This document shows, in pieces, positions 24,604 through 40,700 of a stretch of DNA of 64,000 nt. This DNA is from the human T2T-CHM13v2.0 reference genome, Homo sapiens. Position numbers and translations under genes: made by a program. The notes below the pieces were generated by a model. It made no database searches, was not told the origin of the DNA, and saw only the letters and a list, made by a program, of their open reading frames with translations. Numbering within the stretch: position 1 is the first letter of the stretch; every line of letters begins with the position of its first letter. The DNA is taken from assembly GCF_009914755.1 (NCBI RefSeq), contig NC_060928.1. One strand, written 5' to 3'.

Positions 24604-25749
24604 TAACAACTATTTTCTAAGAAGTCTCCTTGATTTTATTAAGAACATCACCTCCACCATGCTGAGAGAGTTAGACAAAATCCCTGTTCATGCTTGACTT
24701 ACAGAGAGAACTTTACCTACATTTTACTGTGAATTCTAAAGGCTCTTCCAATTCTTGCTGCTCTTTTTAAAAAGGGTTTTGTCTACATGATTATCCCATG
24801 GTTTAAAGTAATATCAGATAGACCATGTCTAGACTCCTGGTACTCCATGTGGTGCATGAAACATCTTATCTAGATTTTATTACTATGTGTACCCTTGCTT
24901 ATAGGCAAGAAGTCATAAGGAAAACTGGGGACATCACAGGTATCTGGAAGCAACAGAAAAAAATAGAATATCTATTAGAGAAATATATAGCAGGTCAAGA
25001 CTGTTTTGTTTCCTTGAGGAGAATATGTTATGCTGAATATCTACAAAGGAATGAACAAGATTCAGAAGTGTTTCATTGCTGGGTTCACTTAGCTTCTGGC
25101 ATCCATAGCATCAGGTCCTGCCACTTGAAGCAGTTAACACAAAACAAACCTAGTACATGAGGGTGATGAAAACTGACCTACCATAAATACATACACTTTT
25201 ATTTTCCCGAGAAACAATTATAGATGGTCTCTTGTACCTAATCCTGCTTGTAACTAGGGGCAAGCACATTAAGAGGGAAATGAAATGGAGGCATGTTAAC
25301 TGGCCCACATGAGTATGGGTCTCATTTGTGACATGTGCTAATCTGCTAATGTGAACAGCAGGAGGATATGACCAAAGCCCAGATAAAACACTATTCATAG
25401 AGGATATTACTAACTGGAAGTTTGTCCTGTAAATACACCAAAAAAAAGGCCAGGTGTTCACATCATGATGGGAGATCTTAGAGGAATAGGGTGAGAGAAA
25501 GAAAGGGCAGATTTAACTTCAGGTATGATTTCTGTGATTATTAGATGTCTTTGTATATATTTTCTTCAAAAATAGCTCATGATTTTAGATAGAAACCAGT
25601 CTATCTGGAAATACATCATTTGACTTTTCTGTCTATTCATCGTAGAAATCACCCTGAAATATTTTCCAGGTAGTTTTGAGTGAAATATACTTGTATAGAT
25701 ATAATAGAATGATGATACTTTATATCATCATAATATCAATACAAATAAA

Positions 25750-26020
25750 GCTTATTAGTTAAAAGCTTAAAATCTGGAGCCAGAATGCCTGGGTTTGACT
25801 ACCAGCCTTTCAGTTGGTAGCTGTAGAAACTGAGAAAGATAATTAACTTCACTCTGCCTCTCCTGTCTTCTTTGTAAAAGGGGGATAATAATAGTATCTA
25901 CCTCATGTAGTCATTGTGAGAATTAAATTACTTAATATACTTAGGCTAAAATGCCAGTACATACTTAGAATAGTGTCTAGCAAAGCATAAAATGTGCTCA
26001 TGTCAGTAGTAAGCATTTAA
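25750..26020 (+). mobile_element. MIR SINE
   Basis: ctggagccagaatgcctgggtttga...tgtaaaaggggataataatagtatctacctcat. Confidence 0.8.
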
Positions 26021-26156
26021 GGAGTTTCAACAGAGCTATGTGTTTTGAATTTCGATTTCAAGGAGCTTGTATCACAACTTGGGAAGCAGTTAGGTTTAAA
26101 CATGTGTACTTGGAGAGCAATAAAAGACGGTTATGCAGATGTCATTATTTTCTAAG

Positions 26157-26684
26157 TGTTGTATATTGTTTTCAAAGATGACCACACCCTTTCTCCCCTT
26201 CTCTTCCCATTTTCCTCTGCAAAGTGACTTTGCTGCTCATCTCACCAAGAGATGGAGACTAATTTCCCTGACCCTTGAGTCTAGGCTGGTTTTGTGATTT
26301 ATTCTGGCAAATGGAACAAGGCGGATGTGAGGTTATGTTGAGTTCTGGAGCCTAGGTGTTTAGATGCATTGTGGTTTCCACCGTAACTGGCTTAGCACTC
26401 TGTCCTGGGACTTCCACAGGATGAAGTTGGTCTAGCTAGCTGGAGGATGAGAGGCCCATGGAGGAAAATGGAGATGCCGTAACCAATACCAGCACCGGCT
26501 GTCAGACATGTGGGTGGGGTCATCTAGGATCTTTCTGCTCAGCTGACACTCATGCTTGTGCAGCCACATGAGTGACCTCAGGTGAGACCAGCCAAAGAAC
26601 TATACAGAACAATGACAAAGAGCAACGTGCATTTGTAAGCTGAGTTTGGGGGTAGTTTGTTCCACACTGATAGGTAACTGAAAC
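26157..26684 (+). mobile_element. MLT1 (F/G/H-like) MaLR LTR
   Basis: caaagatgaccacacc...gtgactttgctgctc...gtaagctgagtttgggggtagtttgtt...gtaactgaaac. Confidence 0.7.
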
Positions 26685-27154
26685 TCCAAGTGATACAGAG
26701 CAAAATGCAACTGTAATGAAAGGTTTAGAGAAGGAGGTGTCATAACATGAGGACACGGGTAATACATGGAAAAGCTTCATGAAAGTTATGCTATTTTAAC
26801 TTGCCTTGGAAGATAAAGAGGAGATGGATCGCTTGGGAGGAAGAAGCAAGTATCTAAGCTAAGGAAGCAACATAAGCAAAGGAATTTGAGAGAGCAATAA
26901 TAAGGCATGCTTGTATGTATTTAGTGGATTAGGAATGGGAATATGAGGGTCAGGGAGGAAATCAGACCAATCGACAAGTTTTGTGTTAGAGTGTAGTGAG
27001 AGGTAAGATTGTTACGAAAATTATGGACAGATTTTAAAACCAGTCAGAAATGCCAATGTGATTTTTTAAAATGTCTTCTCCCTTATAACACTTCCTATTT
27101 TGTATCAGTTCTGTATTCAACAAATATTTATTGAATGGCTATTATGTTAGGCAC

Positions 27155-27608
27155 TGTAGTAGACTGGTTGAATAATGACCTCCCCAAATTCATGTTCGTC
27201 TGAAACCTGGGAATGTGACCTTATTTGAAAATAGCTTCCTTGCCTATGCAATCAAGTTGAGATGCATCGTACTGGATTAGGATGCATCCCTAAATCCAAT
27301 GACTGGTGTCCTTATAAGGAAGGGAAGATTTTGTCATAGAGAGACAAAGACATGGAGGGACAGAGGGAAGAAGGCCATGTGTCAAAGGCAGCAGAGAGTA
27401 AAGTGTTGGAGCTACAAGCCAAGGAATAGCAGAAGTTGGGAGAGAGGCCTGGAGCAGCTGCTTTCTCAGAGCCTCCAGAAGGAACCAGTCCTGATGACAC
27501 CTTGGTTTTGAACTTCTAGCCTCCAGAACTATGAGAGAATACAATTCTGTTATTTTAAGCCACCTTGATTCTGATAATTTGTTTCACCAGACCTGGGAAG
27601 TGAATACT
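27155..27608 (+). mobile_element. MLT1 (B/C-like) MaLR solo LTR inserted in an L2 tail
   Basis: gaatgtgaccttatttgaaaatag, ccctaaatccaatgactggtgtccttataag, cttctagcctccagaactatgagag. Confidence 0.85.
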
Positions 27609-27829
27609 GAATGTTTCTGGGTGCTGAAGTTACAACAGGGAACAAAACATAAAAATTCTCACAAATTCCCTTTCCTCCTAGACTGTAAAGTCCTGGAGGG
27701 AAGATCTTGTTCTTCCTGATCTTTTTTTTTTTTTATATATACCTTGTACTTCCTTATGTACTGTAGATACTCAAAACATAAAGGCTTGATGACCAGTGCA
27801 CTAGATAATGAGGATCCATGACAAGATAT

Positions 27830-28060
27830 TGAAGCAGCGGAGTGGAATTGAGATAGCACAAGTTCAAATATTGGCTCCACTGATCATTAGCTATGGGTGA
27901 TCTTGAGCAGGTTATTAATCTTTCTGATGCTCGCTTCCATCACCTATGAAACAGGAATCCTCATAACTGCCTCATGCTATTAATCGAGAGGACTTCATGG
28001 GGTAACATGTGTCAAGTGCCAAAGTCATGGTTAGCTGCCCAATAAATTTGTTTTTTTTCT
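27830..28060 (+). mobile_element. MIR SINE
   Basis: agttcaaatattggctccactg...tagctatgggtgatcttgagcaggttattaatctttctg. Confidence 0.7.
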
Positions 28061-28149
28061 TTTCCCATCCTTATAATAGGATAATGAAAGAAACATTTTA
28101 GGAAGTAGGGTATCAGGTGGATTTGTGAAAAGGGGAGGGCTTCAGGGCA

Positions 28150-28660
28150 TTTGTTTTTGACACAACAGAAGGAGCCTGGATTGAAGTGAGGAGAGCATGG
28201 ATTGGGGTGAGAATCATATGAACTGAGAGGAGAGGACAAACACAGAAAAGTATCTAAGGAAGAATCTATAGAATTTACTACCAGTTGAAGAAGAGAGAAA
28301 AAAATAAAGTGAAAAAACGAACATTCACCCAGATGCCTAACATAGTAGTCTGAGATCATGATGATGTTAAGGACACAGTCAGGAGAATTGGGAAATCTGG
28401 TTATTAAACCTGAGAGATAAGTTTGGCTTGGTTTAGGTTGAGTGATGACAGGACAGAAAAGTGATGTCTTAGAGACCAAAATGAGGCAGCAGTGGAAAAG
28501 AGAGTTAGAAATGTAGATTTGATGATCATCTGAAGACTGGTGGCAACAGAAGCCACAAAAGTAGGTGATTTCACTGAAGGAGACAGTATATAGGAAGAAA
28601 CCCAAGGGGTCAGAGCAGAGTCTTTAAGAAGGAATAAGAAGGACCAACAATTGAGAATAA
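28150..28660 (-). mobile_element. L2 LINE fragment
   Basis: Purine-rich strand with gagttagaaatgtagatttgatgatcatc, the antisense L2 pattern. Confidence 0.6.
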
Positions 28661-30509
28661 GGAAATGTTGCAGATTCCATGGTAAAATGAATCCTTTGAC
28701 TTATCAATGGTGATTAAAATTTCACTTGAAAGAAAGCTGTAGTTCTTCATGTCCAGGTGTCACAGACCATCAGAAATATGTTTAGAGGTACTCCAAAGAA
28801 TTTAGCTATCTTTAATTAATATCGTGATTTACAAAATTGTATGTTTATTCTAACTCTTTAGATGAATCTCTGAATTGCAGAAAAAGCCGTAAGACAATGT
28901 AGACATTTAATCTTTCTTAGCCTTAGTTGGAAAAGACAATGTCAAGCATGTACTTTTTTCTTTCCGGTGTGTAAGTTTCCATGATTCTTTGAACTAGTCA
29001 AAAACATAACAGCTGTAGCAAAATGCTTTGTGATTAAATGTAGGTAAGTGGCATATTTTTGTTTCCACCTCTGCTAGGTTCATTTTAGAATTTAGACATG
29101 TGTAGGTATATATTTAGTGTCTAGAGGGACAGACCTTCCAGAGTCTATTCTGCGAGTCTGAGAAACACCCTAGAAAGGAACTTCCATTGAGAAAGATGTT
29201 GAATTCACGAAAGATTCAAGGCCATGGCTGGTGTGGAAACAGTGGGGTAATTACGAGTGTGTGTGGCCCACATGGTCCTTTGTTCTTGCCCTTTATGGCA
29301 CACACATCTTGTAATTTTCCAATACTAATCCCAGGGATTTGCACTATGTGTCTGAGCCCTGACACGGAAGCCAGTGGGAACAACATGACAAGACAATGAT
29401 TTCCTTCAAGTCTCTGAGACAATGAAAACACAAGGCAACACTCTTGAGGCCCAGGTAAAAGAGGTAGTGATACAGAGTCATTTCCTCGGACTTTTCAGCA
29501 ACAATGTGGAGACAATGGCAGCTGTAGAGACACTAGTAACCTTCAATCAATCATTGGTGGCCTCAGCGTAAGAAAGGAAAAATGTGGCAGCACATTTGAC
29601 AGGCAATGACTTGATGGAGAACAGAGGACTTAAAAGGAAATGACAATGAAAGGTAGGGAGGCTGGAGCCTGTCACCATCTGCTAACTCCAACAAGGACAG
29701 TAGCACTTTGACTTGTAAGTATATCATTTCGTTTAAAACCTTTGTAGACTCAACCTGCCAAAAATTCATTTCTGTCAATTTATAAAATATAAAATATTCT
29801 TTCTTTTCTGGCTACATTTCTACCATCCAGTAGAATAAGAATGCTGTATTACAGAGCCAAATTTTTTGAATTCTAGTTTAGAAACCATACTTCTTATAAA
29901 AGAGTATAATTGCATCATCTCTGGGAAATTTATAAACCTATGATGTAGTGCTGAAATTTTATGATTTTACATATATTAGCTTTCATGTGTATTCTGTGCT
30001 GGCAGTAGTTTTCTGCTGGCCATAAGGAAGAACTATTTTAATTAACTCTGAAAATAAACCCATATCAATTAATGATGCGTGCGCATGCACACACACACAC
30101 ACGTACATCAAGTATACATACACAAAGTTGTTACTCAGAAATAAGCCTATTTTGTGCAATTGAATCACAGCTCTTGGCACATGAAAGTGCTCAATATTAT
30201 TAATATCATCATGTCTATTATTAAGAAATGTCACTGGCTTACAAATATGCCCTATTGAGAAGTAAGAGGTACATTGTCCTGGTTATTGTTTGATACTCTA
30301 AAAAAGTGGATCAGGGCAGAATCAGTCAATTGGTGTTGCTTTTATCAGTTAATGGTTGGTGAATAGAGTCACTTTAAGACAAACCATATGCAGGAGGAGA
30401 GATAGACATGCTCCTGACACTTTGCCCCAAGAACTCCTCTATCCAGCTTAGTCCCTTGTTCCAGCCTGTTCATCATGTAAATCCTGGAGACTACATTCTT
30501 CTAGGAAGA

Positions 30510-30720
30510 AGTGGTACAGTCTAGTGTCTTGATTCCAGAAGCCCCATAGGTTTGAATCCCAGCTCCACCCATTGCTAGTTGTGTAACCTTGGGCAATTTA
30601 TTAAATCTTTTTGCGATTTATTTTCTTCATCTATAAAATGAGGCTCACTAGAACACCTAGCTCATGGGGCTACTGTGAAAATTAAAAATGTTAATACAAG
30701 CATGCAGCACATAGTAAGCC
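30510..30720 (+). mobile_element. MIR SINE
   Basis: ggtttgaatcccagctccacc...gttgtgtaaccttgggcaatttattaa...catctataaaatgagg. Confidence 0.82.
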
Positions 30721-31476
30721 CTTGTTCTAAGTTCTTTGTATTACATGATGGTATCCTGGCCTCTCCTTTGGTAATGATTCCGCTCTATTAGACTTCAGCT
30801 GTGCTCAGTCCTCCTCCCTCTATCCCCTTTTCTGTTCCCTGTTCACTCTCATGCTAGCTTGTTGGCATTTGTGATTCCTTCTGAAGGGCTGCTGTCTCTC
30901 TTAGTCTATGACATACCTATTAATACTTGGTGACTGAGATCGAGCTACTTGGGTTCTAAGTGAGGGTTTCATGAGTCAGAATAAGAAAAGATCCCAAAGA
31001 TCATGACACTCTATGGACTCTCCATGGATTATTTTCTCTTTCCTGAAAACCGGAAAATGTTGATTATTTCCTGATGATGGCATAAAGAACCAAATATTGC
31101 AGAACAAAAAGGTTGTGCTGCCAACACTTCTTAGAGAAAAAAGAGAATTACATGGAAGGCTGTTTTTCAAAAAAGAGAGTGTTATTATAAGACATTGTTT
31201 CTTTAAATATTGGCAAATACAGACAGAAGATGGTGACAAAAAGCAAGACTATTTGCATGTTCATAGATTTTAACTTAACAATTTTGGTCAATTGAAAGCA
31301 ATATGAAACACAGACATAAAGTCGTATAAGGTAACAATCTTAACACTTCTTAGGCTTGGAATGGTGCTAAGTGTCTTAGAAGTGCTGTGGAGATAACAAA
31401 CAGAAAGGACATCCACACCAAAACCCCATATGTACGTCACCATCATCAAAGACCAAAGGTAGATAAAACCACAAAG

Positions 31477-32493
31477 ATGGGGAAAAAACAGAACAGAAAA
31501 ACTGAAAATTCTAAAAATCAGAGCACCTCTCCTCCTCCAAAGGAACACAGCTCCTCACCAGCAATGGAACAAAGCTGGACGGAGAATGACTTTGGCGAGT
31601 TGAGAGAAGAAGGCTTCAGATGATCAAACTTCTCCGAGCTAAAGGAGGAAGTTCGAACCCATCGCAAAGAAGTTAAAAACCTTGAAAAAACATTAGACGA
31701 ATGGCTAACTAGAATAACCAACGCAGAGAAGTCCTTAAAGGACCTGATGGAGCTGAAAACCATGGCACGAGAACTACGTGACGAATGCACAAGCTTCAGT
31801 AGCCAATTCGATCAACTGGAAGAAAGGGTATCAGTGATTGAAGATCAAATGAATGAAATGAAGGGATAAGAGAAGTTTAGAGAAAAAACAATAAAAGGAA
31901 ACAAACAAAGCCTCCAAGAAATATGGGACTATGTGAAAAGACCGAATCTATGTCTGATTGGTGTAGCTGAAAGTGACGAGGAGAATGGAACCAAGTTGGA
32001 AAACACCCTGCAGGATATTATCCAGGAGAAATTCCCCAACTTAGCAAGGCAGGCCAACATTCAAATTCAGGAAATACAGAGAATGCCACAAAGATACTCC
32101 TCAAGAAGAGCAACTCCAGGACACATAATTGTCAGATTCACCAAAGTTGAAATGAAGGAAAAAATGTTAAGGGCAGCCAGAGAGAAAGGTTCGGTTACCC
32201 GCAAAGGGAAGCCCATCAGACTAGCAGCTGATCTATCGGCAGAAACTCTACAAGGCAGAAGAGAGTGGGGGCCAATATTCAAGATTCTTAAAGAAACGAA
32301 TTTTCAACCCAGAATTTCATATCCAGCCAAACTAAGCTTCATAAGTGAAGGAGAAATAAAATCCTTTACAGACAAGCAAATGCTGAGAGATTTTGTCACC
32401 ACCAGGCCTGCCCTACAAGAGCTCCTGAAGGAAGCACTAAACATGGAAAGGAACAATCAATACCAGCCACTGCAAAAACATGCCAAATCGTAA
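31477..32493 (+). pseudogene. L1 ORF1p (338 codons) with premature stops
   Basis: MGKKQNRKTENSKNQS start through ...YQPLQKHAKS*; frame preserved (1017 nt) but TGA at 31621 and TAA at 31867. Confidence 0.93.
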
Positions 32494-32556
32494 AAACCAT
32501 TGATGCTAGGAAGAAACTGTATCAACTAATGAGCAAAATAACCAGCTAACATCATA

Positions 32557-36381
<3,825 letters not shown>

Positions 36382-36628
36382 ACAATGAGAACACTTGGAA
36401 ACAGGAAGGGGAACATCACACACCAGGGCCTGTTTTGGGGTGGGGGAAGGGGGGAGGGATAGCATTAAGAGATATACCTAATGTAAATGAGGAGTTAATG
36501 GGTGCAGCACACCAACATGGCAGATGTATACATATGTAACAAACCTGCACGTTGTGCACATGTAACTAGAACTTAAAGCATAGTAAAAATATGTATATAT
36601 ATATATATATAAAGAAAAGAAAAGAAAA

Positions 36629-36730
36629 TTCTTGAGAAAAAAGAAATTAATTATAACTAATATATGATTATGTTGTGACATTTCTAGATGTCACTGCAAA
36701 TAAAGTAACAATTTGAGCACACACCAAAAA
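36629..36730 (+). other. L1 3'-transduced flank
   Basis: Non-L1 sequence between the L1 tail and the 3' TSD, with AATAAA at 36699-36704 and an A-run from 36726. Confidence 0.8.
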
Positions 36731-36849
36731 AGAAGTGCTGTGGAGAGAGCTACTATTCATAACATCATCTTCTCCATCCATTGTACATATTTGCAAAGCT
36801 GCTTTTGTAATAAAAGTGCATACAGAAACAAACTTACTTTTATTCATGA

Positions 36850-38180
36850 GTTACTATAGACTTAAATCTCTTTTAGTTAGTTTTTTCTGTTTCTTGGGAT
36901 TTATTTCATTTTCTGAATGTGGGATGTGTAGTTCTCATCAAATTTGGGAACTGTTGGCCCATTAATTCTTCAAGTATGCCTCATCTTACTTCATGCCTCA
37001 AAGACTCCAATAACACATATATCAGAGCACAGCTAACAGAGGCTCTGCTTATTTTTCTTTTTAAAGGCTTTTTTTTTTCTCTTGGTGTTTCACTTTGGAT
37101 AAATTCTAATTGCTGTGTCTTTAAATTCATTATTCTTTCTTCTCTTCTGTTAATTCCATCCTGTGTATTTTCCCCCTCAAACACTGCACTTTTTATCTTT
37201 AAAAGTTTGATTTGAGTCTTTTAAAATTATCATCCGTGTCTCTATTTAACATGCACAAGTGTTTCTCTACCTTCTTGAACATATGGAATAATATTTCAAT
37301 AACTCTGTCATCTTGCCATACATTGGTCTGTTTCTACTGAATGATTAATTTCCTCATTATGGATTATATTTTCTTGTTTCTATATATACTTGGTAATTTT
37401 TAATTGGATGTCAGACATTGTAATTTTTATTTTGTTTGGTGATAGTTTTTTTTTGTATTCGTAAGAGTATTCTTGAGCTATGTTCTGGGATACAGTTAAG
37501 TTACTTGGAATTAATTTACTAATTTGAGACTTGCTTGCAAGCTTTGTTTGGTGGGATTAGAGCAGGTTTTAGTCTAGAGCTAATACTGCCCACTACTGAG
37601 GCAAGATCCTTCTGAGTATTCTACCTTATACCCATGAATTGTGAGGGTTTTCCTCTCTGGCAGGTGCAAACACAGATTATTCCCAGCTCTGTGTGAGCTT
37701 CAGGATTTCCCTTCTGCTCCTTTCTTGTGGTGATTTCCCAGCCTGAGATTATTTTCTCAAGTGCAAGTGTTGAGTAGTCAGTAGCTGAAGACTTGAGGGG
37801 CATCCTCAGCAGGTCTCTAGAGCTCTCTCTAGGCAACAGTCTCCTTTCCAGTACTCTTCTCTGTGAACTACAGGTAGTTTAATCTTCTCAGACACCCAAT
37901 TCCATCTCTCCAACTCAAAAGTCACCAATGAGCTTTACCTAAATGTGACCTCCCTATTCCACAGGCTAAAAATTCCCCATAAATTGTCAGCAGAGGCAAC
38001 TGCAGAGCTCACTTATTTTGTTTTTTTATCTCTGAGGAATCACTGTCCTGCACTTCCTGATGTTCTATGTCTGAAATACACTGCTTTATATATTTTGTCT
38101 GTTTTTTTCCCCATAGATTCAGGTGGCAGGGTAAGTCTAGTTCATGGTACTTCATCTGGGGTGGGGTGAAAATCTCTCAA
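36850..38180 (-). mobile_element. Old L1M (L1MC/MD-like) 5'UTR-ORF1 fragment
   Basis: Minus ORF 36981-37184 (DGINRREERIMNLK...IQSE) resembles L1 ORF1 coiled-coil; atcaaatttgggaactgttggcccattaattcttcaa is an antisense ORF1 hallmark. Confidence 0.75.
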
Positions 38181-38504
38181 GGTAGTTTCTGTTAACCGTA
38201 GTCACTAGACAGTAAATTTGACTCATTTATATTGCAATGGACTTAAGTTTCCCAGACATAGCCAAGTTCTGGGTCATATACTGGTTCTAGAAACTGTCCT
38301 TTAGAGTGTTCTAAGGCTGCCTCATAAGTGCAAGCCTGTTCACATTTTTCTCATAATAAAAATGACCAATCATTAATTTTCTCATTGATGAAATCAGAAA
38401 GTGATAATTTTTCTTTTAAAATGATAATACAGTATTCTATAATTTGTCATTAATTTTAATTCAAACTTGCTTATATCTAAGACACTCAACAATTTGTATA
38501 CCAT

Positions 38505-40700
38505 ACACATTTTATTGAGAACCTACTTTGTGCCAAACAGACACTCTTCTAGATGTTAGTAATAGAGCTGATAACAGAAAAGTAAGGTTCTTGAATTCGT
38601 GTAATTTATCTTCTCTTGGCATCAGTGAGAAGGCAGCTAACAGAAAAACAAACAAATGTACTAAGTAAAAAAAAAAAGACTGAAGCCAAAAAAATCAAAT
38701 AAGGATAACCATAATGCAGGAAATTAAAATAGGATGACTGGACAGCTACTTTCGATTAAGTAGTTGGGACTGCTCCAAAGAAGTTACATGATCTGAAAGA
38801 AAAAGGAAAAGTCAAGTGTGAAAAGATCAAGGAAAAAGTTTTCCACATAGAAGAAATAAGTGCAAATGTCATAAGCCAGAAAGTGGACATGAGATGTTTA
38901 AGGATGACTCATGTTGGCAGGTGCAAGGAGGAAGGGAGAGAAAAGTCAAGGAGGTCACAGAGGTAGACAAGCATGTGGTTCTTTATAAGGCAGCTCAGGA
39001 GTTTGGGTTTTCTTTTGAAGGTGGGAAATCACTAAGGATTAAAAAGGAATGGGATGACATGATCTGATTTACATTGCATATCCCCTCTGACTACTATATG
39101 GAGAATTGTAGAGGGGATTATAAAGGAGCAAGGGAAAAAGCAAGAGATCAGTTAGGGGGAGACAGGGTGATAATGGATATGGAAAGGAGTGGATGATGTG
39201 GGATGGGTTTTGGTGGTAGACTCAACAGGACTTGATGGATTGAATGTGGAGCATGAAGAAGCATGCCTAGGTTTCGGACTCCAGAAACTGGGTAGATGGC
39301 CATATCATTTACTGGGGAATTTTGAAGTGAAAGAAGTTTGTGGAAAAAACAAATAAATAGTCATTTTTGAGCTGTGTCAGTTTTGAGCTATTTACTAGAA
39401 AAACTTATTTAGATATGGAGTAGGATTTAGACATATAAATCTGTAGCTCCAGAAACAGAGCAAAGCTAGAGGAGTAGTTTTGAGAATCATCACTAATTGA
39501 TGGTATCTAAAATGATCAGCTTGGAAGAAGGCACAAAGAAACAGTGTGTGGATAGACAAAAAAAGCGGGGGATCCAGACAGTTGCACCGTGCTGGGTGAT
39601 GTCAGCATTTGGCGTTTATCAAGGAATAAAAAGAGAGCAAAGGAGACTCAGAAGGGGTGAGCTGTGAGGGGAGAGGAAAACTAGGAAGTGCGTTTTTTCT
39701 GTAACCAAAAATAAAAGCACTTTCAAAAATAAAAGAGTGGTCATTATAAACATAGAGGTCATCAGTAACCTTGATTAGAGCAGGCATAGTAGACTGGTAG
39801 GGGCAGAAAGGCTGAAGAGAGGATATGGGGTGGAGAAGCAAAAGCCGGTGCTTCTGGACTGCTCTTTAAGGAAGAAGCTGTGCTGTGAAAGGAGCTAAGA
39901 AATGGGACAGAAGCTGCAGTGGGTTGAGGTTTTTTTTATTAAAGAGAGGAAATATTCAACATGTTTTAGATAAATGGCAATAATTTATTAGAGAGGCAGA
40001 AACTGATGCAAGATAGGAAGTAATTGCAGGAACAGAGTCCTTAAAAACAAAAGGAGAGGGCTCTAGAACACAAGTGCAAGAGTTGGCCTTGGATAGGAGC
40101 AGAGCTAGTTCATGCATATTAATAGAAGGGTAGGCTGATTGCTTCAAGAGGCAAAGATGCATGAGCTATTGTCTGATATTTCTATTTTTTTGGTTAATTA
40201 TGAGGCAAGCTTGTCAGCAGATTGAGGGTTAGAGGAAAAGGAATGCAGGAGGTCTGAAGATATAATAGTAGTGAGTGAAACAGTCATTTAGAAGAATTGC
40301 ATAATAAACATGGTTTTGAGCAGTGTTGCATGCCCCTTTGGGTTTTGCGACCATGCATTCAAAGTCAGTAAGAGTGTGTTTTTTTCCAGGAGAAACTGCT
40401 TGGTTTCAAGCTCAGACTGGGTGTGTTAGCTAAATTTAATTAGGACTGAGATTTGACCAAGTGAGTATGATACAGAAATTAGCGAGAGGAATAGCTAAGG
40501 TTTTGGCAATAAATTATTTGAATGATGGACCATGAAATTTAAGCTCTAGCTAAGGAAAAAGGTGAGCATGTGAGGAGGGTAATAAATAGTGGAAAAGCTG
40601 TAGAGGCTATGAACTGGAGACTTTAAGTGAGGTTGAAAAATAGTTGAGACGGGTTGCTAAGTAAGAAGACTGAAAAAATAGAAGTGGTTGGGCATTTTTC
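38505..40700 (-). mobile_element. Long L2 LINE relic
   Basis: Starts cattttattgagaacctactttgtgccaa; includes gacatgatctgatttacatt and agaggtcatcagtaaccttgattagagcag. Confidence 0.75.

Noticed and set aside
28012-28605. 197-aa minus-strand ORF
   Set aside because: Overlaps decayed L2/MIR sequence, has a non-ATG start and shows no recognisable domain.
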